Assembly (NCBI GenBank): GCA_963645035.1
Contig: CAVIQY010000002.1
Location: 557 to 64,556, forward strand
Length of the DNA: 64,000 nucleotides
DNA from: a bacterium
GTDB lineage: Bacteria > Bacillota_I > Bacilli_A > Erysipelotrichales > Erysipelotrichaceae
Reading direction: 5' to 3'
Below are positions 39,488 through 49,206 of the stretch, piece by piece. Every line of letters begins with the position of its first letter. The stretch's first letter is position 1. The notes beneath the pieces were generated by a model, which made no database searches, was not told the origin of the DNA, and saw only the letters and a program-made list of their open reading frames with translations. Position numbers and translations under genes: made by a program.

Positions 39488-40393
39488 ATGAGATACATCT
39501 CAGTTACAGAAGCAGCTGAAAAATGGAATATATCAGAACGTAGCGTTAGAAATTATTGTGCTTCAGGTAGAGTGAATGGTGCAGTTCTTTCCGGTAAAAC
39601 ATGGAAAATTCCTGAAGATGCTAGTAAACCTGAGCGTTCTAATAAAAAGAAAGAAGACCAAAAATCATTGTTAGAAATTCTTCAAGAAGAGAAATCTAGT
39701 AAGTATTCTGGTGGTATTTATCATAAGACACAAATAGAATTAACATACAACTCTAATCATATCGAAGGTAGTCGCCTTACACATGATCAGACTAGATATA
39801 TTTTTGAAACAAATACAATTGGTATAGAAACCGAAGTACTGAATGTAGATGATGTAATTGAAACAGTAAATCATTTTAGATGTATTGATATGATTATTGA
39901 CCGAGCAAAAGCAACGTTAACTGAAAAGTTCATTAAAGAATTACATTTGATCCTTAAAAGTGGTACTAGTGATTCTAGAAAAGATTGGTTTGCTGTAGGA
40001 GATTACAAAAAGAAGCCTAATGAAGTAGTTGGAATAGAAACAGTACTACCAGAAGAAGTTCATAATAAAATGAAAGCTCTACTTGCAGAATATAATGTAA
40101 AAGAAGAAAAGACATTAGAAGATATATTAGACTTTCATGTAAAGTTCGAACGTATTCATCCTTTCCAAGATGGAAATGGTAGGGTAGGAAGACTAATTTT
40201 GTTTAAAGAATGTCTCAAATATAATATTGTTCCATTCATGATTAATGATGATTTAAAAATGTACTATTATCGAGGACTAAAAGAATGGAATAATGAAAAA
40301 GGTTATTTGCTAGATACATGTCTAACAGCACAAGATGAGTATAAAGCGTATTTAGATTATTTCAGAATTAATTATGAAAGAGAGAATAAATAA
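39488..40393 (+). CDS. Fic-domain protein with N-terminal excisionase-like HTH
   Basis: SVTEAAEKWNISERSVR HTH, inhibitory motif SNHIEG, catalytic motif HPFQDGNGRVGR. Confidence 0.92.
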   Translation: MRYISVTEAAEKWNISERSVRNYCASGRVNGAVLSGKTWKIPEDASKPERSNKKKEDQKSLLEILQEEKSSKYSGGIYHKTQIELTYNSNHIEGSRLTHDQTRYIFETNTIGIETEVLNVDDVIETVNHFRCIDMIIDRAKATLTEKFIKELHLILKSGTSDSRKDWFAVGDYKKKPNEVVGIETVLPEEVHNKMKALLAEYNVKEEKTLEDILDFHVKFERIHPFQDGNGRVGRLILFKECLKYNIVPFMINDDLKMYYYRGLKEWNNEKGYLLDTCLTAQDEYKAYLDYFRINYERENK

Positions 40394-40395
40394 CA

Positions 40396-40845
40396 ATGAC
40401 AAAAATACTTTTCGTTTGCCATGGAAATATTTGTAGAAGTCCTATGGCAGAATTTGTAATGAAAGATTTAGTGGAAAAAGAAGGATTACAAGATGAAATT
40501 TATATTGAATCTTGTGCTGTAAGTACAGAAGAAATAGGTAATCCTGTTTATCCTCCTGTTAAAAAGATATTAAAAGAATTAGAAATAAACTGTGATGATA
40601 AACGTGCTAGAGTAATGACGCGTAGTGATTATCAAAAGTTTGATTATATTATTGCGATGGATTCTTCAAACCTTTATGGAATTAAAAGAATTGTAGGAGA
40701 AGATTCAGAACATAAAGTACATTTACTTTTAGAATATACAAAAGAAAATCGCGATGTACGCGATCCTTGGTATACGAGAAAATTTGATGAAACATATACA
40801 GATATTCTAAACGGCTGTAAAGCACTTCTAGAAGAACTAAAATAA
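40396..40845 (+). CDS. Low-molecular-weight protein tyrosine phosphatase
   Basis: VCHGNICRS, DPWY. Confidence 0.93.
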   Translation: MTKILFVCHGNICRSPMAEFVMKDLVEKEGLQDEIYIESCAVSTEEIGNPVYPPVKKILKELEINCDDKRARVMTRSDYQKFDYIIAMDSSNLYGIKRIVGEDSEHKVHLLLEYTKENRDVRDPWYTRKFDETYTDILNGCKALLEELK

Positions 40846-41696
40846 TTTTGTATTCTGAAATACATGCATCATTTCGGAAGTTAAAGATGCGTTATCACCT
40901 AAATCAAATGCATCTTTTTTATTATGCCATGTACCATATTTTAATTCGTTATGATCTATATGAATGGTATCGTCACCATCTACTTCACAAAAGAAACCAA
41001 ATAATAATGTGTCAGAAAATGACCATGGTTGTGATTTATAGAATTTTAGATTTTTAACATTTAATCCTGTTTCTTCTTTTACTTCACGATGAACTGTTTC
41101 TTCTATTGTTTCACCAATTTCAGCAAATCCAGCAATTAAAGCATCATGTGTATAAAAAGTACTTGCATAATGGGTGACACAGATTTGATCTTTACCGTTG
41201 ATAATGCCAACAATGACAGCAGGACATATTTTTGGATAAATGATATTTCCACAATTTGGGCAACGCATAGCTCTTTCTTTTGCGTCTTGAATTGTTTGAT
41301 GTCCACAAGCACCACAATAGCGATTGTGATTCATCCAATTAAATAATTGCCATCCTGTAATACATGCAAAAGCTAGAAATTGTGGTTGTAATACACGCAT
41401 TTGTTTGACTGGTAATAATTGATGAGGTATAGAACTTAAATCTGCTAAGAAATAAGCGTGATCATCTATTTCAAATAAATAAGTACATTCTAATCTGCTA
41501 AATAATATGCATGATCATCTATTTCAAATAAATAAGTACATTCTAAGTTACTTGGAATATCTTGAAACATAAAAAAAGTATTATCTTCTTTTACTAATAC
41601 TTGGTTCTTTTCATAGCTAAAAATATAATCATTTACTATTGGTTTTCTTGGATGATATTCATTGTGATAAATATGTGGGTATATATCTTGAATCAT
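40837..41696 (-). pseudogene. nudC: NADH pyrophosphatase NudC, frameshifted by a 53-bp tandem duplication (real or assembly artefact)
   Basis: N-terminal ORF MIQDIYPH (41490-41696) plus C-terminal ORF with CGACG..CPNC, Nudix box and SQPW; duplication at 41439-41544. Confidence 0.85.
41439..41544. repeat. Tandem 53-bp duplication (2 copies, 4 differences)
   Basis: 41439-41491 versus 41492-41544. Confidence 0.95.
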
Positions 41697-41829
41697 AATC
41701 TATTTTTGCCCTCAACATATTAATTATACTTCATAAAATTTTTGAAAAAAAGACTGTTTCTTTGGAATATTATTGACTATATTATGGGTGTAAAGAAAAG
41801 ATACCAACCTACAAAAGGAGGTAACTAAC

Positions 41830-41943
41830 ATGAAGAAGGTATTACTCGAATATTAACTAGTCGTTTCCTAGATACATTGCAGTAAAACTAAGGAAACGGC
41901 CGTAAACCCAGAACTTAGAATGATTACCCAAAAAAGAAAGTGA
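41830..41943 (+). pseudogene. Decayed lipoprotein-like 5' remnant, or 8-aa micro-ORF
   Basis: Perfect SD AAAGGAGGT, then MKKVLLEY*LVVS*IHCSKTKETAVNP... Confidence 0.4.
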
Positions 41944-42089
41944 AATCTGCATGAGGGTAGACCAATGGACAATTTGGTTGACAATTGAATATTACGAATA
42001 AAAACTGATAAACAGATTGATTAGAATACAATATTCTAATAGCTATAAATAGCGTAAGTTTAAATCCTTTATAAAATAAAGATTCTTCA

Positions 42090-42938
42090 TTAATTTGAAG
42101 AATCTTTTTCTTTCACTTCTTGAGTAGCAATTAATTGTTTCATCGAACGATCATATTCTTTATTAATTAAGCCAGTAAATAAAATATCAATAACATTTAA
42201 TTGCGATACTCTTGAACTCATGGCCCCTTTTCTAAATACTGGTTCTGCAGCAGATACATATAAAACATAATCCGCATTCTTAGAAATAGGCGTATTCTTT
42301 AATCTTGTTATAGCAATAGTTGGTGTGTGGTTTTCTTTACACATCTTTAGACATTCTATTGTTTCTATTGTTTCGCCAGAATAAGAAATAACGATAGCGA
42401 CATCGTCTTTTGTAGAATTCTTAGCCATTAATTTTTGCGAATAAATATCATCATTTACAATACATGGATAATTTAATCTTAAGAACTTTAGATATGCATC
42501 TTTCGCTACGGTTAAACTAGCACCTAAACCAAAACAAATAATCGTTTTTGAATTAGCGAGTAATTCAATGCATTTTTCTAATACATCTTTATCTAAAATA
42601 CTTTGTGTTTCTTGTAAAGATTTGATGCTCATTTCCGTTACTTTATCAATAATTTCAGAAATAGAATCATTCTTTTCTACTTCTTTTGTTTCATCATTAC
42701 TTTCTAAAGTGACTAAATCAATTAGTATATCTTTTTTTAATTCAGTGAATCCTTTGAAGCCAACTTCTCTACATAATCTAACAATAGAAGAAGGGGAAGA
42801 ATATGTCTTTTCGGCTAGCTCTCTAATTGTTAGTTTTGTGACTTCATCGGGATGACTAATAATGTAATCTAAAACTTCTTTTTGACTTACAGATACGGAA
42901 TCTTTTAATTGTCTAATACGTAGTAGTGCGTTCTTCAT
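42090..42938 (-). CDS. murR: MurR/RpiR-family regulator
   Basis: TIRELA...SPSSIVRLCR.VGF HTH plus SIS domain (ISYSGET); divergent from murQ; start moved to the ATG at 42938. Confidence 0.9.
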   Translation of the reverse strand: MKNALLRIRQLKDSVSVSQKEVLDYIISHPDEVTKLTIRELAEKTYSSPSSIVRLCREVGFKGFTELKKDILIDLVTLESNDETKEVEKNDSISEIIDKVTEMSIKSLQETQSILDKDVLEKCIELLANSKTIICFGLGASLTVAKDAYLKFLRLNYPCIVNDDIYSQKLMAKNSTKDDVAIVISYSGETIETIECLKMCKENHTPTIAITRLKNTPISKNADYVLYVSAAEPVFRKGAMSSRVSQLNVIDILFTGLINKEYDRSMKQLIATQEVKEKDSSN

Positions 42939-42957
42939 AAATCTATTATATGCCAAA

Positions 42958-42985
42958 TGATAGCGTTTACAAGAAACAATGTTTC
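42958..42985. promoter_or_regulatory. cre site plus putative MurR operator
   Basis: TGATAGCGTTTACA (42958-42971) fits the cre consensus; palindrome GAAACA-A-TGTTTC at 42973-42985. Confidence 0.7.
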
Positions 42986-43054
42986 ATAAAACGGTAGTGT
43001 CATTGACATTTTGTTTCAAAGCGCAATAATAAAAACATAGAAGGGAGTACTAAC

Positions 43055-43954
43055 ATGGACTTAAAAAAACTAACAACAGAAAATCGAAACCCAAACACAT
43101 ATGACTTAGATACAATGTCTTCTTTAGAGATTGTTACCGCAATGAATAAAGAAGATTATCATGTACCAGAAGCGATTTCAAAGGAATTAGAACCTATCAG
43201 TAAACTTGTAGATGCTGTAGTAAATGCTTTTGAAAATGGAGGTCGTCTAATTTATATGGGTGCTGGAACTAGTGGTAGACTTGGCGTTCTAGATGCTTCA
43301 GAATGTCCACCTACGTATGGTGTTGATCCTAGCATGGTCGTTGGATTAATTGCTGGAGGAGATAAAGCATTAAGAAGTGCTTTAGAAAATGTAGAGGACA
43401 AAGAAAATCTTGGCGTAGAAGACTTAAAAAACATCAATGTAAACGAAAAAGATGTAGTCGTTGGTCTTGCGGCAAGTGGTAGAACACCATACGTCATTGG
43501 AGGCTTAAATTATGCAAATAGTTTAGGTTGTGTTACAGGAGCTATTGCTTGTAACAAAGATTCTAAGATTGGTAAAGTTGCCAAAATTAAAATTGAAGTA
43601 GATGCTGGACCTGAAGTGTTAACAGGTTCTACTAGATTAAAATCTGGTACAGCACAAAAGTTAATTTTAAATATGATTTCTACTGCTTCAATGGTAAGAA
43701 TTGGTAAAGCATACTCAAACCTAATGGTTGATGTTGTACCTACTAATGAAAAATTAGTAAATCGTGCAACAGGAATCATTGTAGATGCGACTGGTGTTAG
43801 CAAAGAAGAAGCTTCAGAAATGCTTCAAAAAGCAAATGGTAATTGTAAATTAGCAATTACATCTATCTTAACTGGTAAGAGTATCGAAGAAGCAAAAGAG
43901 TTATTAGCTCAAGCAAAAGGACATGTTAAGAAAGCTTTAGAAATATCTAAATAG
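43055..43954 (+). CDS. murQ: N-acetylmuramic acid 6-phosphate etherase
   Basis: TENRNP, GAGTSGRLGVLDASECPPT, GSTRLKSGTAQK. Confidence 0.97.
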   Translation: MDLKKLTTENRNPNTYDLDTMSSLEIVTAMNKEDYHVPEAISKELEPISKLVDAVVNAFENGGRLIYMGAGTSGRLGVLDASECPPTYGVDPSMVVGLIAGGDKALRSALENVEDKENLGVEDLKNINVNEKDVVVGLAASGRTPYVIGGLNYANSLGCVTGAIACNKDSKIGKVAKIKIEVDAGPEVLTGSTRLKSGTAQKLILNMISTASMVRIGKAYSNLMVDVVPTNEKLVNRATGIIVDATGVSKEEASEMLQKANGNCKLAITSILTGKSIEEAKELLAQAKGHVKKALEISK

Positions 43955-43975
43955 ATATTAAAGGAGAAAATTTGT

Positions 43976-45418
43976 ATGACAAATGAAGAATTAGTAAAAC
44001 TTATTCTCGATGCAGTGGGTTCTAAAGAAAATGTTGAAGCTGCAACAAATTGTGCTACAAGACTTCGTATTGATGTTAAAGATGATTCAAAAATTAATGT
44101 TGATTCTTTAAAAGCAATCGAAGGAGTACTAGGTGTAGTACACGACAAAGCAAATTATGTAGAGGTTGTTGTAGGTCCTGGTAAAGTTCGTAAATGTGCA
44201 GATGTTTGTGCTTCTATGGGTATTCCAGCTAGCAAGAAAGTTACATCAACATCAAATGATTGGCAAACAAATAAAGCTGCTGTGAAATCTCAACAAAAAC
44301 ATAACAAACTAAAGGATGGCTTAAAGACAGTTGGTGAAATCTTTATTCCATTAATTCCAGGTGTTATCGCAGCTGGTCTATGTGCAGGTTTAAATGCATT
44401 AATTCCACAAATTTGGCCAAATTATACAGAGAACAGTGTTCTATATATTATTTGGAACATTCTAGCATGCGTTAACTCAGCATTCTTATCTTACTTAGTT
44501 GCTTGGGCAGGTTACAGAGCTGCTGAAAAATTCGGTGCTACTCCAATCCTAGGTGGTATGTTAGGTATGACAACATCTCTAACATATGTTGATAATATCG
44601 CTAAAACAATTGGTCTATATAACGAAACACAACCTCTTGATTCTATCTTACGTGTAGGTAGAGGTGGTGTACTTGCTGTTATCGTTGGTGTTTATTGCTT
44701 ATCTAAGATTGAAAAATGGGTTAGAAGTAAGATGCCAGAAAGTGTAGATATTGTATTTACACCACTAGTAACATTAGTCTTAACTTTAATCCCTTATATC
44801 TTCATCATTATGCCGGTTACTGGTTTAATTTCTACAGGATTATGTAATATCGTTGGTGCTGTATGCTTATCTGACAATGTATTTGTTCGTATTATTGCTG
44901 GATTCTTAGCTTCATCATTATTCCTACCAATGGTTGCGATGGGTATGCATCATGGTTTAGTTGCCTTATATTCTGTTCAATTAGCTGAAATAGGTTATGT
45001 AACACTTTATCCTGCTCTAGCAATGGCTGGTGCTGGTCAAGTTGGTGCCGCTTTAGCAATTTACTTCAAGGCAAAGAAGTGCCAAAATACACGTTTACAA
45101 GGTGTAATTAAAGGTGCTATTCCAGCAGGTATCTTAGGTATTGGTGAACCATTAATTTATGGTGTAACTCTTCCTATGGGTAAACCATTTATCACAGCTG
45201 GTCTAGGTGCTGGATTTGGTGGTGCCTTCGTTATGGCAATGCAAGTTGGTGCTACTGCTTGGGGTTCTTCAGGTTTATTAGCTACAATCATGATGACAGC
45301 TGGTCCTCATGGTGCAACTTCATTTGTATATTACTTAATCGGCTTAGTTATTTCTTATGTAATGGGCTTCATTATTACAAACTTTGCGATTAAAGTAGAT
45401 GATGTAGCACAAGCTTAA
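43976..45418 (+). CDS. murP: PTS EIIBC, MurNAc(-GlcNAc)-type
   Basis: NCATRLR EIIB motif, GIGEPLIYGVTLP; located between murQ and mupG. Confidence 0.85.
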   Translation: MTNEELVKLILDAVGSKENVEAATNCATRLRIDVKDDSKINVDSLKAIEGVLGVVHDKANYVEVVVGPGKVRKCADVCASMGIPASKKVTSTSNDWQTNKAAVKSQQKHNKLKDGLKTVGEIFIPLIPGVIAAGLCAGLNALIPQIWPNYTENSVLYIIWNILACVNSAFLSYLVAWAGYRAAEKFGATPILGGMLGMTTSLTYVDNIAKTIGLYNETQPLDSILRVGRGGVLAVIVGVYCLSKIEKWVRSKMPESVDIVFTPLVTLVLTLIPYIFIIMPVTGLISTGLCNIVGAVCLSDNVFVRIIAGFLASSLFLPMVAMGMHHGLVALYSVQLAEIGYVTLYPALAMAGAGQVGAALAIYFKAKKCQNTRLQGVIKGAIPAGILGIGEPLIYGVTLPMGKPFITAGLGAGFGGAFVMAMQVGATAWGSSGLLATIMMTAGPHGATSFVYYLIGLVISYVMGFIITNFAIKVDDVAQA

Positions 45419-45432
45419 TCAAAATATAAAGT

Positions 45433-45461
45433 ATAGCGTGTGGTAACACACGCTATTTTTT
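45433..45461 (+). terminator. Hairpin plus T tract between murP and mupG
   Basis: ATAGCGTGTG-GTAA-CACACGCTAT-TTTTT. Confidence 0.7.
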
Positions 45462-45475
45462 TACTAGGAGGATAT

Positions 45476-46498
45476 ATGTTTGGACGTTCAATTTATTTAT
45501 CAAAATATGATTCTAATTTTAAAGTGGATGAATATGCAGATGTTTACTTTACTTCATTTCATATCGAAGAAGAATTTAATGATGAATTTGCTAGTAAGGC
45601 AATGTCTTTACTAAAAACACTAAAAGGCGCAAATAAAAAAGTGATTGTAGATATTTCGCCAAAAGGAGTAAAACAACTTGGTTATCATAGTGTATCTGAA
45701 TTTATAGATGATGCGCATATTGATGTGATTCGTTTAGATTATGGTTTTACCCTAGACGAAATGATTGAGATAGGAAAACATGCGACGATTGCATTAAATG
45801 CTTCTACAATAGAAGAAGAAACAATTGATGAATTAACAAAACATAATGTTAAGTTAATGGCAATTCATAACTTTTATCCTAGAAAAGATACAGGATTAGA
45901 CTCGGAATATTTATTAGAAAAAAATAAAGCACTAAAAGAAAAGAATGTATTAGTTGGTGTCTTTATTGCCGGTGATGAAGATTTACGTGGCCCATTATTT
46001 GAAGGGTTACCAACACTAGAAGAACATCGTTTTCTTAAGCCATATGTTGAATATCTAGATTTATCTATTCGTTATTGTGTAGATATGATTATGGTTGGTG
46101 ATTATGGTATTAGTGAAACGCAAGAATCATTAATTAAAGAATATATTGATGATCAAGTCATTCAAATTCCTGTCGAATTAGATGACTTGTATGCTTATTT
46201 GTTGAATACAACTTACACAAATCGTATTGATAGTCCTAAGGGATTAATTCGTATACAAGAATCTAGAGAATATGCAACACATGGGAAAATCATAGAACCT
46301 AGAAACATGTTAGAAAGAAAAAGAGGTTCAATTACAATCGATAATAAAGAATATTTACGTTACTCAGGGGAAGTACAAATCATGAAAGATAATTATCCAA
46401 TGTGTGATCGCGTAAATGTGATTGGTAAAGTAGATTCAAATTACTTAAAATTAATTGATTTAGTAAAACGAAACGGTAAATTAAAGCTAATTAAATAA
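45476..46498 (+). CDS. mupG: MupG/DUF871-family 6-phospho-N-acetylmuramidase
   Basis: FTSFHI.E, IRLDYGF, LNAST, HNFYPR..TGL, GLPTLEEHR; murQ context. Confidence 0.85.
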   Translation: MFGRSIYLSKYDSNFKVDEYADVYFTSFHIEEEFNDEFASKAMSLLKTLKGANKKVIVDISPKGVKQLGYHSVSEFIDDAHIDVIRLDYGFTLDEMIEIGKHATIALNASTIEEETIDELTKHNVKLMAIHNFYPRKDTGLDSEYLLEKNKALKEKNVLVGVFIAGDEDLRGPLFEGLPTLEEHRFLKPYVEYLDLSIRYCVDMIMVGDYGISETQESLIKEYIDDQVIQIPVELDDLYAYLLNTTYTNRIDSPKGLIRIQESREYATHGKIIEPRNMLERKRGSITIDNKEYLRYSGEVQIMKDNYPMCDRVNVIGKVDSNYLKLIDLVKRNGKLKLIK

Positions 46499-46603
46499 AC
46501 TAAGGAACATATCTAAATATAGGTATGTTCTTTTTTAGAAATATAGCGTTTTTACCATGTTTGATAAAAAATGCGTATAATAGTGCTTGTAGGAGATTTG
46601 TAT

Positions 46604-48409
46604 ATGCTAACTGTAAATGAAAGAATTGAAGAATTAAGAAAATTAATGAATGAGAAACACATCGATGTGTATTATATTCCAAATGAAGATGATCACTTAT
46701 CTGAAGAATACACTGCAGATTATTTTAAATGTAAATCTTATATTAGTGGCTTTTCTGGGGAATCAGGATGCGTTATTGTGACGAAAGATTTTGTTGGTTT
46801 ATGGACAGATGGTCGTTATTTTACACAAGCTGAAAATGAATTGAAAGGAACATGTGTTACATTAATGCGTTTAGGTCAAGAAGGTGTACCTAATCCAATT
46901 CCTTTCTTGTTAGAACATACACCAAAAGATGGTTGCCTTGGATTCGATGGTAATGTTGTATCTAGCAATGATGCATTATATTTATCAAATGAATTAAAAA
47001 AGAAAAATGCTAAATTACATACTTCTGATGATTTAGTTGATGTAGTTTGGGGAGAAGAACGCCCATCAATGCCACAAGAAAAATTATTTGTTCTTCCTAA
47101 AAAATATGTTGGAGAAGATATTACGACAAGAATTCAAAAAGTACGTGATGCGATGAAAGAAAAGAAAGCAGATGTGCTTGTCTTAACACAACTTGAAGAT
47201 CCTTGTTGGATGTTAAATATCCGTGGCAATGATATTGAATTTACACCTGTTTCTTATGCATTCAGTTTAGTCACAAATAAAAAAGTGATTTATTATGTAG
47301 ACAAAGCAAAATTAACAGATGAAGTAAAAAAATATTTTGCTAAAGCAAATGTTACCGTTAAAGAATATCATGCAATAGATAAAGATTTAGAGAGTTTTAA
47401 AAATAAAACAATTTGGGTTAATTTAAGAAGTTTTAATACTGCTTTATATAGTCACTTAGACTCATCTAATACAATCTTAAATGAAAAGAGTCCTATTGTA
47501 TTATTTAGAGCAATGAAGAATAAAGTAGAAATAAAGAATACAATTAATGCCCATATTAAAGATGGTGTAGCGATGGTTCATTTCTTATACTGGGTAAAAG
47601 AAAATATTGGTAAGATACCAATGACAGAAATGAGTGCTGAAGAACAACTATTAAGCTATAGAGCTAGTCAAGAAGGATTTATTGAACCATCATTCCATAC
47701 AATTTCTGCATATAAAGGTAATGCAGCAATGATGCACTATACAGCTAGTGAAAAATCTAATGCGAAACTAAAACCGGAAGGATTCTTACTCGTTGATTCT
47801 GGTGGAACATACTACGATGGTACAACAGATATTACGAGAACGATTGCTTTAGGTAAATTAAGCGATGAAGATAAGATGTACTTTACAAAAGTATTAAAAG
47901 CGAACTTACAATTAGGTAGAGCTAGATTTTTACATGGTACAACAGGAAATAATCTAGATATCTTAGCTCGTGGTGTTCTATGGGATATCGATATTGATTA
48001 TCAATGTGGTACAGGACATGGTGTAGGACATGTATTAGCAGTTCATGAAGGCCCTCATGGCGTACGTTGGGGTAAGCCTACAGCTGCTAGACCTTCTGCA
48101 GTATTAGAAGAAGGTATGATTGTGACAGACGAACCTGGTGTATATTTACCACATAAGTTAGGTATTCGTATTGAAAATGAATTATTGGTACAAAAAGGAA
48201 AGAAAAACTTCTATGGACAATTCTTGTATTTCAAGAACTTAACGGTATGTCCTATTGATGTTGATGCGATAGATCCTAAATATTTAGAAGATAGAGATCT
48301 AGAAGATTTAAATGCATATCACAAATATGTATATGAAACACTTAGTCCATTCTTAAAAGGTAAAGAAAAGACTTGGCTAAAGAAAGTCACAAAGGAAATT
48401 AAACGATGA
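46604..48409 (+). CDS. Xaa-Pro aminopeptidase (M24)
   Basis: WTDGRY..QA, DSGGTY.DGTTDITRT, GTGHGVG..L.VHEGP, EPG.Y, GIRIEN. Confidence 0.93.
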   Translation: MLTVNERIEELRKLMNEKHIDVYYIPNEDDHLSEEYTADYFKCKSYISGFSGESGCVIVTKDFVGLWTDGRYFTQAENELKGTCVTLMRLGQEGVPNPIPFLLEHTPKDGCLGFDGNVVSSNDALYLSNELKKKNAKLHTSDDLVDVVWGEERPSMPQEKLFVLPKKYVGEDITTRIQKVRDAMKEKKADVLVLTQLEDPCWMLNIRGNDIEFTPVSYAFSLVTNKKVIYYVDKAKLTDEVKKYFAKANVTVKEYHAIDKDLESFKNKTIWVNLRSFNTALYSHLDSSNTILNEKSPIVLFRAMKNKVEIKNTINAHIKDGVAMVHFLYWVKENIGKIPMTEMSAEEQLLSYRASQEGFIEPSFHTISAYKGNAAMMHYTASEKSNAKLKPEGFLLVDSGGTYYDGTTDITRTIALGKLSDEDKMYFTKVLKANLQLGRARFLHGTTGNNLDILARGVLWDIDIDYQCGTGHGVGHVLAVHEGPHGVRWGKPTAARPSAVLEEGMIVTDEPGVYLPHKLGIRIENELLVQKGKKNFYGQFLYFKNLTVCPIDVDAIDPKYLEDRDLEDLNAYHKYVYETLSPFLKGKEKTWLKKVTKEIKR

Positions 48410-49161
48410 AGATTATTTCTTGGAATGTTAATGGATTAAGAGCTGCAGAGAAAAAAGGTTTTACTGAATTTTTCTTGAAAGAAGATGCAGATATTTTTGC
48501 AATACAAGAAACGAAGATGCAAGTTTCTCAACTAACCGATACAATGCATTTTGATGGATATGAAATCTATATGAATAGTGCAGAGAGAAAAGGTTATAGT
48601 GGAACTCTTGTCTATACAAAGAAGAAGCCTTTATCTTGTGTATATAACATTGATGGAGATGATTCTAATGAAGGTAGAGTCATTACTTTAGAATATGAAG
48701 ATTTCTATTTTGTATGTGCCTATGTTCCTAATTCTAAAGAAAAATTAGCTCGCTTAGATTTCAGAATGGAATGGGAGAATCATTTAAGAAATCATTTGTT
48801 AAAGCTTCAAGAAACAAAACCTGTGATTTATACAGGAGATTTAAATGTAGCTCATGAAGAGATAGATATTAAAAATCCTGAAACAAATCATAAAAATGCG
48901 GGTTTTAGTGATGAAGAAAGAGCGAAGTTTAGTGAATTATTAGCTTCAGGATTTAAAGATACATTTAGAGAATTATATCCAGATACAGTGAAATATTCTT
49001 GGTGGAGTTATCGCTTTAATGCTAGAGAAAAGAATGCAGGTTGGCGTATTGATTATTTTGTTGTGTCTAATAACTTAATGGACAAAGTAGAAGATAGTCT
49101 AATTTATGATGATGTATATGGGTCAGATCATTGTCCAGTTGGGTTAAAAGTTGCGTTATAA
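48406..49161 (+). CDS. xth: Exodeoxyribonuclease III / AP endonuclease
   Basis: SWNVNGLRA, QETK, GDLNVAH, GWRIDY, SDHCP. Confidence 0.96.
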   Translation: MKIISWNVNGLRAAEKKGFTEFFLKEDADIFAIQETKMQVSQLTDTMHFDGYEIYMNSAERKGYSGTLVYTKKKPLSCVYNIDGDDSNEGRVITLEYEDFYFVCAYVPNSKEKLARLDFRMEWENHLRNHLLKLQETKPVIYTGDLNVAHEEIDIKNPETNHKNAGFSDEERAKFSELLASGFKDTFRELYPDTVKYSWWSYRFNAREKNAGWRIDYFVVSNNLMDKVEDSLIYDDVYGSDHCPVGLKVAL

Positions 49162-49206
49162 GCATAAATAATATTAAAATAGAGACATTGTCGGAGGGAT
49201 GATATT

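Noticed and set aside
41801..41813. 13-nt identity (ATACCAACCTACA) with the SAM riboswitch P3 region
   Set aside because: No other riboswitch elements surround it, and matches of this length are expected by chance in 64 kb of AT-rich DNA.
41993..42000. Perfect cin-box TACGAATA
   Set aside because: There is no downstream plus-strand gene, and an isolated AT-rich 8-mer is likely chance.
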